DNA of 64,000 bases from Cetorhinus maximus (Eukaryota), in contig NC_135890.1 of the NCBI RefSeq assembly GCF_964194155.1, positions 107,136,001-107,200,000 on the forward strand, given 5' to 3'. Shown in pieces: positions 53,521 through 64,000 of the stretch. A program made the position numbers and the translations under genes. The notes beneath the pieces are model-generated. The model made no database searches. It was not told where the DNA came from and saw only the letters and a list, made by a program, of their open reading frames with translations. Within the stretch, counting starts at the first letter, position 1; each line of letters opens with the position of its first letter.

Positions 53521-54896
53521 CTTGTCAAATTGCTGTTAAGAGATGAACAGGATGTCAGTGATGGGGACATTTTATATCACGAGTCAATTGCTAAGAATGA
53601 ATGAAAGAATTTAACACGCAAGACGCATTGTCCCAGGCATTGGCTGCAAGCGCAGAAACTGAGGGGTAACTGTTGTGTAAATTTCATCTGCAATAATAGC
53701 AACATCTGGCTTCCTACATGATACCTGAATCGCCTAGACACCAATCTTCACCAACTCCTCCCTTCCTGCCAGACAAAAAGCACCAGATTCACATATCTGT
53801 TCCCCTGATTGCATTTGGCTTTGTCTTTGCTGCTCTATGCTGACTTGTTAAGATATTCAGAAACCCCCTGGGATCTGCGTACTGAGCTGCAATGCTAGCA
53901 TCTGTCTGAAGTAGCCCTCAGTGAGCTGTGTAATGTGGCACAGTCTGTGTTTGGGTTCATGGGGAGATAAGAACATGGGCTTGGAAATTCTGTGGGTTTC
54001 TCTTGATCTTGCACCATAGCTTCAGCAATTCATCAATGGAGTCTAAGAGAATGGTTGTAAATGAAGGAAAATGACTGTAAGTTTCACCTTCAAATTAAAG
54101 GAACCATTTGTATAACTCTCTAAACGAGAAGACAGGGCATCCCCAGTCCAGTAGTAAAAAAAAGTACCCTATTGTTGAGTAGAATTTTCTCTTTTGATGC
54201 CAGTGGTCTATGAATGAAATCTGTACAGTTATGACACACCAAGCAGCAGAGAGTTATTCTGTACAGAAATGCTTCCTCTCAGATTCAGACTTACATAATG
54301 CATTGTATTGAAAAACAAAAACTACTTTGCTGATATTAGATAATGAATGTTTAATGCATTAGTTTAAATTTCCATCTTTATAATAGCAGGCAAAGGGGTG
54401 GCACATAAACATGTTAAGTTGTTATCGCCTTGTATTGTCTTCAATAACTCACAGGCTATGCTTTTTAAATTAACCTGACCCAGTTCAGAGAATATTAAGA
54501 ACTTATTTTAAATGGTGAGTTTCATTCAAAATGACTTATTTTAAAACCCAGAATTAGAATATTGAAATTTCTAAATAAAAGACAGGATACCTGACAATCT
54601 TTGCCGGAAGCACAAGTCCAGGTGAATCAGAAGAAATTTGAGCTGCAGAATGGGGAGAGATTCACTTCCCTGCACAGTTTGTTTTCTCTGTGTTTCTCCA
54701 CACCGGCTCTCCAATCTAGTATAAGGGAATGAAATTCTGTGTGTTTCTTGCTCCGTCTCTTCTGTGTTTCCCACCGTTAAACAAGTGAGTGAGTGTCTGG
54801 CTCTCTCCTCAGTCCTTTTATTATTATTGCTGGTTTCTGAACGTCACAGCCTTGTTGCCCTCTAATTACTTCAAACAAACAAGTGAGACCAGAGCT

Positions 54897-54909
54897 GGTT
54901 TCATTTCCC
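54897..54909 (-). promoter_or_regulatory. ISRE-like site, ISG15-B3 promoter
   Basis: GGTTTCATTTCCC, same context as 12130. Confidence 0.65.
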
Positions 54910-55186
54910 AAAGCCTCCCCTCAGAGTCTGGGAAATAACCTGACAGGAGCAGCAGGAATGCACCTTGCTACAGGTAACAGGTACTGAATTCCGAGTTATC
55001 TCAGTTTCAGATTCCTATCTGGTGCCACAGTCATAAACAACAAGAACAGAATCAGCTGAGCGGTGAGTCAGAGGCCTCACTGCCTGTTTGAAGCTGTGGG
55101 CAGGGCTTGAACAATACAATGTATAAAGATACAGTGCATCAGACCAGTCAGTTTAATTATCTAATGAAAAGAAATTGGCCTCAAAT

Positions 55187-57552
55187 TGCAGGGGTCCTGC
55201 TCCACGAGTACAAGTCAAATTTGTGGAATGTCTACAAGATGGCTTTTTGGAGCAGCTTGTGGTGGAGCCCACGAGAGGACAGGCAATTCTAGATTTAGTG
55301 ATGTGAAATGAGGCAGATTTGATAAGGGTGCTTAAGGTGAAGGAGCCCTTAGGAGGAAGTGACAATAATATGATAGAATTTACCCTGCAATTTGAGAGGA
55401 AAAAGCTGGAATCAGATGTAACGGTATTACAGTTGAATAAAGGCAACTACAGAGGCATGAGGGAGGAGCTGGCCAGAATTATCTGGGAGATGAGCCTAGC
55501 AGGAATGACAGTGAAACAGCAATGGCAGGAGTTTCTGGGAGACACATCAAAAATTCATCCCTTGGAAGAAGAAGTATACTAAAAGGAGCACGAAGCAACC
55601 ATGGCTGACAAGGGAAGTCAGGGACAGCATAAAAGCGAAAGAGAAAGCATACAATGCGGCAAAGAGCAGTGGGAAACCAGGGGATTGGGAAGCCTACAAA
55701 GGCCAACAGAGGACAACTAAAAAATAAATAAGGAGGGAGAAGATTAAATATGAGTGTAAACTGGCCAGTAATATAAAAGAAGATTGCAAGAGTTTTTTTT
55801 AGATATATAAAGGGTAAGAGAGAGGCAAAAGTGGACATTGGGCCACTGGAAAATGATGCTGGAGAAGTAGTAGTGGGGAACAAAGAAATGGCGGAGGAAC
55901 TGAATAGGTACTTTGCGTCAGTCTTCGCGGTGGAAGACACGAGTAACATCCCAAACGTTCAAGAGGGTCGGGGGACAGAGGTGAGTATGGTGGCCATTAC
56001 CAAGGAGAAGCTGCTAGGAAAACTGAAAGGTCTGAAGGTGGATAAATCACCTGGGCCAGATGGATTACACCCCAGAGTTCTGAAGGAGATAGCTGAAGAG
56101 ATAGTGGAGGCGTTAGTGGTGATCTTTCAGGAATCACTTGAGTCAGGGAGGGTCCCAGAGGACTGGAAAATCGCTAATGTAACCACCCTGTTTAAGAAGG
56201 GAGTGAGGCAAAAGACGGGAAATTACAGGCCGATTAGCCTGACCTCGGTCATTGGTAAGATTTTAGAGTCCATTATTAAGGATGAGATTTCAGAATACTT
56301 GGAAGTGCATGGTAAAATAGGGCAAAGTCAGCATGGTTTCATGAAGGGGATGTCATGCCTGACAAATCTGTTCCAGAAGGCCTTTGACAAGGTGCCGCAC
56401 AGGAGGCTGCTCAGTAAGATAAGAGGCCATGGTGTTAGAGGCAAGGTACTAGCATGGATAGAAGATTGGCTGTCTAGCAGGAGGCAGAGAGTGGTGATAA
56501 GGGGATTCTTCTCAGGATGGCGGCCGGTGACCAGTGGAGTTCCGCAGGGGTCAGTGTTGGGCCCACAACTTTTCACTTTATACTTTAATGATCTTGGTGA
56601 AGGAACTGAGGGCATCCTGGCTAAGTTTGCAGATGATACAAAGATAGGTGGAGGGACAGGTAGTATTGAGGAGGTGGGGAGGCTGCAGAAGGATTTTGAC
56701 AGGTTAGGAGAATGGGCAAGGAAGTGGCAGATGGAATAAAACGTGGGCAAGTGTGAGGTCATGCACTTTGGTAGGAAGAATAGAAGTATAGACTATTTTC
56801 TAATTGGGGAGAGAATTCAGAATTCTGGAGTGCAAAGGGATTTGGGAGTCCTAGTCCAGGATTCTCTTAAGATTAACTTGCAGGTTGAGTAGGTAGTTAG
56901 GAAGGCAAATGCAATGTTGTCATTTATTTCGAGTGGACTAGAATATAAAAGCAGGGATGTGCTGCTGGGGCTTCATAAGGCTCTGCTCAGACCACATTTC
57001 GAATATTGTGAGCAATTTTGGGCCCCGAATCTCAGGAAGGATGTTCTGGCCCTGGAGAGGGTCCAGAGGAAGTTCAGGAGCACGATCCCAGGAATGAAAG
57101 GCTTAACATATGAGGAACGTTTGAGGGCTCTGGGTCTATACTCAATGGAGTTTGGAAGGATGAGGGGGGATCTGATTGAAACTTACAAAATACTGGAAGG
57201 CCTGGATACAGTGGACATGGGGAAGATGTTTCCATTAGTCGGAGAGACTAGGACCCGAGGGCACAGCCTCAGAGTAAAGGGAGGACCTTTTGGAAGAGAG
57301 ATGAGGAGAAACTTCTTTAGCCAGAGAGTGGTGACTCTATGGAATTCATTGCTACAGAAGGCTGTGGAGGCCAGGTCAGTGAGTGTACTTAAAACTGAGA
57401 GAGATAGGTTCTTGATTGGTAAGGGGATCAAAGGTTATGGATAGTAGGCAGGAGAATGGGGTTGAGAATCTTATCAGCCATGATTGAATGGTGCAGCAGA
57501 CTCGATGGGCCGAATGGCCTAATTTCTGCTCCTATGTCTTATAGTCTCATGG
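55187..57552 (+). mobile_element. CR1 LINE ORF2, unit 3 copy
   Basis: Same element with an extra stop at 56737-56739. Confidence 0.92.
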
Positions 57553-58230
57553 TCTTAGGTAGCGGAAAACCCCTTTCCCTTTCCAATCACAAGGCCAAGG
57601 GGTTAATGTCACTTCGATGTCATGGTGGATGCTCAGAAACTGTAAGAGTGCTTTAGTGGACAGATCCATCCTAATCTTTGCTTTGTTTATAACATCTGAA
57701 ATCCCTCTGTGACTATTCTCACATGATCCTTTTTGCTGCTACTGTGGACCTGTGTTTCTATGCCTCCCGTGTTCCTTTGCTGCCCCAGGTAAGAAGTACA
57801 AGGTTTGTGACATGTAAACCATCTCCACCAATTAATACATTTTGATTGTCTTTTTCTAAAAGAAAACTTAATACTTTGTCAAATCCCACGTGTGCACACC
57901 CCGGTTGAATTACAATTCATCCTCAGACCCTTCCTCTAGCATCGACATGGTGCATCCTGTGTGACTTCAGCCAAGTTAGAGACAGGCTGTCCAGCTCAGT
58001 GTTGGAAATTTTTGTCCAGCTTTGCCTTAACACATCCTCCAGCTGAACACCACTCCAATACTCGTGTTTTGATGGAGGTTCCAACATGTATCTTACCCTC
58101 TCCTCCTCCAACAATGGAAACAGCAGCAGAGCCATATCACAGCCGTAATACAGCCATGCCACAGCCATATCACGGCAATATCGGAGCCATGTCACAGCCG
58201 TACCACTGTCATATCACAGCCATATCACAG

Positions 58231-59873
58231 TGATACCTCCTCCGGATGTTCCCAGCATCACTGATACCAGTCTTCAGCCAATTGAATTCACTCCACGTGA
58301 TATCGAGAAATGGCTGAAGGCACTGGACACTGCAAAGAGTACGGGCTCTGATAATATCCTGACAATAGTAATGAAGACTTATGCTCTAGGACTTGCTGTG
58401 CCCCTATCCATGCTGTTCCAGCACAGCTACAACAGTGGCATGCACCCGGCAATGTGGAAAATTGCCCAGGTATGTCCTGTAAACAAAATACAGGTCAAAA
58501 CCAACTGGGCATATGACCGCCCCATCAGTCTACTCTTGATCATCAGCAAAGTGATGGAATGGGTCATCAACAGTGCTATCATGTGGCACTTGATTAGCAA
58601 TAACCTGCTCACTGACACCCAGTTTGTGTTTGGCCAGAGTCAGTCAGCTCCTGACATCATTACAGCCTTGGGTCAAACATGGACAAAAGGATTGAAGAGA
58701 AGAGATGAGGTGAGACTCACTGCCCTTGACATCAGTGAAGCATTTGATTGAGTGTGGCATCAAGGACCCTTAGCAAAACTGGAGTCAATGGGAATCAGGG
58801 GGAAAGCCCTCTGCTGGTTAGAATCATACCTAGCACAAAGGAAGATGGTTGTGGTTATTGGAGGTCAATCATCTCAATTCCAGTACATCACTGCAGGAGT
58901 TTCTCAGGGTAGTTCCTAGGCCCAACCATCTTCAGCTGCTTTATCAATGACCTTCCTTCCATCATAAGGTCAGGCGTGGGGATGTTCGCTGACGATTTCA
59001 CAATGTTCAACACCACTCGTGATTCCTCAGATACAGAAGCAGTCCATGTCCAAATGCAGCAAGACCTGGACTATATTCAGGGTTGGACTGACAAGTGCAA
59101 GTAACATTCACACCACACAAATGCCAGGAAATGACCATCTCTAACAAGAGAAAAAGTAACCATCGCCCCTTGACATTCAATGGCATTATCATCGCTGAAT
59201 CTCCAACTATCAATATCCTGGGGGTTACCATTGACCAGAAACTGAACTGGATTAGTCATATCAATACTGTGGCTATAAGAGCAGGTCAGGGGCTAGGAAT
59301 TTTGTGGAGAGTAACTCGCTTCCTGACTCCGCAAAGCCTGTCCACCATCTACAAGGCACAAACCGGGAGTGTGATGGACTACTAATCACATGCCTGGATG
59401 AGTGCAGCTCCAACAACACTCAAGAAGCTTTACGCCATCCAGGACAAAGCAGCCAGCTTGATTGGCACCCCATCCACAAATATTCACTCCCTCCACCACT
59501 GACGCACAGTGGCAGCAGTGTGTACCACATAGAAGATGCACTGCAGGAACTCACCAAGCCTCCTTACACAACACCTTCCAAACTCACGACCAATACCATC
59601 TAGCAGCAGACACATGAGAACAGCACCACCTGAAAGTTCCCCTCCAAGCCACTCACTATCCAGACTTGGTCATATATCGCTGTTCCTTCACTATTGGTGG
59701 CTCAAAATCCTGGAACTCCTTCCCTAACAGCACTGTGGGTGTAACTACACCACATGGATTTCAGCAGTTCAAGAAGGCAGCTCACCACCACCTTCTCTAG
59801 GACAATTAGGGATGGGCAATAAATGCTGGACTATCCAGCAACACCCATATCCCATAAGTGATAAAAAGAAAAC
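58231..59873 (+). mobile_element. CR1/L2-group LINE, unit 3 copy
   Basis: Direct repeats at 58215-58230 and 59874-59889. Confidence 0.85.
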
Positions 59874-62800
59874 CACAGCCATATCACAGCCACACCACAG
59901 CCGTATCACAGGCAGACCACATTGCCAGCACCGACAGCCATGAAGGCAAATTGGAGTTATAGTTCTTTAAAGTACACTGTTGGGCTCCTCACTGTAACAT
60001 AATCTTTAGCTCCTCTTGTTTACAACTACGATCACCATCAGGTCCACATGGGATATGTTTGGTCCAGAAGATGGGAGTCTCCTTCGCTTGGTCCGTTGTC
60101 CGTCTAGGGATGGTGGGGTCTGATACACACTTTGCCTAAGGGACTACCCTTTTTGCTGACTCTGCTGGGACATCAACCCCCTAAGGAATATATAGTTTCC
60201 TGGATGGAATTTACCTTGCCATTTGGACCGACATAACTGGATATAATTATCAGGTGGGCTCATCAGCATTATTCTTACTAAGATAAAAGCAAAATACTGC
60301 GCATGCTGGAACCTGAAAGAAAACCAAAAACTGCTGGAGAAACTCAGCAGGTCAGACAGCATCTGTGGAGAGAAAAACCCAACGTTTCGAGTCCAAATGA
60401 CTCTTCATCCTCAGTTCTGAAGAAGAGTCATATGGATTCGAAACATTGGCCCTTTCTCTCCACTGATGCTGTCAGACCTGTTGAGGTTTTCCAGCAGTTT
60501 TGGTTTTTGTATCATTATTCTAACGTTGTCTCCTGGGTTGTTTACTCACACATTTTTCTATTCACCACTCTCCCCAATTTGTCTCAAAGTGACAAATGAG
60601 GAATGTCTAAGGGCAGAGTAGTTTCAGACTCTGACATAAATTTTTTCCATTGAAACTCTCTGATTAAACATATTGCATTTCCTTCCTTCATTCATCATAC
60701 TTATTGCCTTCGTTCCAACTGTTTGGATAGCCACCTTTAATCGCTCCATGGTTTTTCCACACGTGTACCCTCCCTGACTCCCCAGGAATCACTTGGGGTT
60801 TGTTAAATGCGATATCGTGGTCACTAAAGTTGGACCAATCAAAGAAATCGCTTTTCTAACCTGGATTGCCAAAATACACTGGTTGAACTCTTCCAGAATA
60901 TGGATGGCTATTAACAGGTGGCTGATCTTTAATGTTTGGGCCCATATCTTCGACTGACCGTCAATCCAGATTTTTCTGAAAAATAAAACAAAATACACCA
61001 ACCTCTGCGGGCGAAACTTTTCTTTTGGACACAGGTGAGTAGTTAAGGGTTAACAAAATTGCCTTTCTCTTCTGTGGCCTCTATTAACCCTATCAATTCT
61101 GCATAGGAGTGAATCAGCTGAACCCTCTCCCTTTGAGCGCTGCCTTTGTAACGCATACCTCTGCTGGCATTTAGCCTTCCTGGGCAGGGCTTGCTCCCAG
61201 ATTCAACTCCTCCTCCAGCATCCCCTCGGAGGTGGTACTTCTGGATCTCATTATTGGGTCTGTGGGCCTGATGCTGGCTGCTTTTCCTTTCTGCAAATGT
61301 TCCCCCTTAAATAGTTTCACCTGATTAATATGAAACCATGTATCCCACTTTGTAAGTTGGACAGCATACACCATTGGGCTGGCTTTATCCACAATGCTGT
61401 ATGGCCCCTTGTATACAGATTCAAACAGACCAACTCTTGCATCATTTCATGCCTTAACCTGCTGACCTATATCCCACTCTTGTGGTTTGGCTTTTTCTAG
61501 GAGCAATTTATTAACACAATGCGCCCTCCCTATGTTCCTTGCAGCCTCATCGTGGAGGCCTTGCAAGGCCACAGAAGATCAACTGGTTCAATATAATTAA
61601 TATAATTAAACTGTGGAAATTATGGGCCGGTGATCTGGGCTGGTGTGATTCTTCAATATTGTCCATAGGTGTCTCATTCATAGCTGATTGTCCCATCACC
61701 ACTTGTTAGGGTAAATGATCATAACCTGACTTTAAATATGGATCCCGGATGTAATGCAAGGAAAGCCACGGACAATGCAGACAGATAGAAACACACATTC
61801 CAATTTAAAATAAAGCTTTACTTTCAAATCACATCGAATATTTTGGCAGAAACAACGTGCAGGCCTGCTATCCTTTGCTCTTGTAAAACACTAAGCACCC
61901 AGAATAAAGCATTCCAATGTTAAACACTTACAATTCTCCAAGAACACTTTAAGGCTAAAAGGAATTACCTGTAAAAGTTATTTTAAAATGAAGAAGGCAG
62001 GCAATCATTGTTGATCTTTATATGGGGAATATTTGGCATGGCCCCTCCTATACAGTGAAACATTTTTGGAATTGCCCCATCAGCCATCTTATGGTCCCTG
62101 TGAGTCAGGAGGTGAATTAGTACCGAATGAGAGATGAGCTTGGAGCTGTGTACTCATTAGGATCTCAACCAATATTAGTTTCACTCTTCAGAAGAATCTT
62201 TAAGGTTAACAGTACATGCTTTTGACCAATGATCAACCAGGGTTGATGTAAAATGGTTCTGTACATCCTGGCACCGGCAACAAGAGAATCCCAGTGACCC
62301 AGTGCACTGGGACTTTTGAAGATGATGATAATTTCCTGCTTCTGCCCCTTCTCATCACCCCCATCCTACTATCTGTCACGAAATGCAAACTGCAGATGGT
62401 GTAACCATGGACCTCTTGCTTCCCACCCTTGCCCCTTCTTCACCTAACCTTCCACTTCTGATTTTGTGATTTCTGATACCCTAGAACTGCCCACTTACAC
62501 AGCACAGCAGCCCAAGGAGCAAGAGAGAGAGCTGCAGCCACAGCACTGATGAAGAGGTCCTATCCACTTAACCTGGTGCTCAGATACTGCCGCTGTGCGC
62601 AACTTTTAGAGGCCACTACAGATTTAGATCAGCATGTGGTGAGTCACCAGGCATGAGTGGCCTGCAAACAGGCCAGGGGCAAAGGATGGTTTGTTTGTCA
62701 GCTTACTGGAGGGTGAGGTCACAGACAAGTGTTACTGCAGTCGACTTCGGTGAGGATCTCGATGGACAGCATACAGGAGAATACTAAGGGGCATGCACAC

Positions 62801-62970
62801 TGAGGTACTGGGTACATTGGCTGGCCTGGAGCAGGAACACAGCCTTCCTATCACTGTCAGGGAACATGGAGGGGTCTGACACCAAGTTGGCAGATTTTAT
62901 GGTGCAAAGCTTGCCCTCTCCGCAGCCACTACTCCATCTCTATCTCACGTTGCAGACCCAGGGTCACTGG

Positions 62971-64000
62971 CACAGAACCACAGAATTATTACGGTGTAGA
63001 AGGAGGCCATTTGGCCCATCGTGTCTGCACCGGCTCTCTGAGCATTTTAACTTAGTGCCAATCTCCTGCCTTTTCCCTGTAACCCTGCACATTGTTTCTA
63101 TTTAAATAATCATCCAATGCCCTCTTGAATGCCTTAATTGAACCTGCCTCCACCACTCTTCCAGGCAGTGCATTCACTGTATGAAGAAGTTTATTCTCAC
63201 CTCACATTTGCTTCTTTTGCAAAACACCTTAAATCTGTGCCCTCTGGTTCTCGATCCGTTAAGAACAGGGAACCGTCTCTCCCCATCTACTCTGTCCAGA
63301 CCCCTCATGATTTTGAAAATTTCTATCAAATCTCCTCTCAGCCTTCTCCTCTCCAAGGAAAACAGTCCCAACTTCTCCATTCTTTCCTCATAACTGAAGT
63401 GTCTCATCCCTGGAACCATTCCCGGTGCCTTAACAATTTTAAGTACCGACAGCTTATCCAATACCTCCTCCTTATCAATTTTAAACCCTTCTAGTGACTG
63501 AGTTTCCTCCTCTGTCACCATGGCCTGGGCAGCATCTGCCTCGTAGGTAAAGACAGATGCAACGTATTCATTTAACACCTCAGCCATGCCTCTTGCCTCT
63601 ATATGTAAATGCCCTTTTTGATCCCTAATTGGCCCTACTCCTCCTTTTACCACCCTTTTACTATTGGTGTGCTTATAGAATACTTTGGCATTTCCTTTTA
63701 GTTAGCTGCCAGTCTTTGTTCATTATCCCTCACTGCTTCTCATATTTGCTTTTACACATCCCTTCTGAACCTTCTGTATTCAGCTTGGTTCTCAGTTGTA
63801 TTTGCTGCCCGATACCTGTTGTAAGCACACTTTTTCTTCTTTAACCTAATTTCTATTTCCTTTGTCATCCAGGGAGCTCTGGATTTGTTTGTCCTACCCT
63901 TCCCTTTTGAGGGAACATGCCTTGACTGTGCCCAAACCTTCTCCTTTTTGAAGGTAGCCCATTGTTCAGCTCCTGTTTTTCCCACCAACCTTTGGTTCCA
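62971..64000 (-). mobile_element. CR1-type LINE, RT-deleted, cut by window end
   Basis: Nearly identical to 41593-42620. Confidence 0.85.

Larger units (their letters stand above)
42765..64000. repeat. Tandem segmental duplication unit 3 (runs to window end)
   Basis: Collinear copy. The window ends inside the same CR1 element in which it starts. Confidence 0.96.

Noticed and set aside
1-64000. CRISPR arrays, rRNA, tRNA, or prokaryotic RT-based defence systems
   Set aside because: No repeat-spacer arrays or RNA genes were seen. The RTs are vertebrate LINE fragments in eukaryotic DNA.

Overview
Vertebrate genomic DNA, most likely from a cartilaginous fish, judged from the CR1-type LINEs and the Penelope-type terminal repeats (inference). 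The whole window is three head-to-tail copies of a ~21.4-kb unit (1-21374, 21375-42764, 42765-64000), and the array appears to run off both ends. Each unit carries two intact, minus-strand ISG15-like genes (type A and type B, 155 aa, two ubiquitin-like domains, ending in LRLRGG-stop), six in total. Each gene has a predicted non-coding exon 1, a 5'UTR intron ending 12 nt before the ATG, ISRE-containing promoters and a poly(A) signal. Each unit also holds an orphan 3'UTR of a lost third (B-like) paralog and many decayed retroelements: CR1 LINEs, an LTR-element integrase fragment and a hairpin with a hammerhead-like core. The most notable points are near-identical C-terminal but divergent N-terminal domains between A and B, different promoter wiring (NF-kB site in A only, mutated in copy A2), and mosaic relationships among the units. 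Most of the short ORFs in the track are repeat-derived or spurious. Counts and repeat boundaries were made by eye and are approximate.
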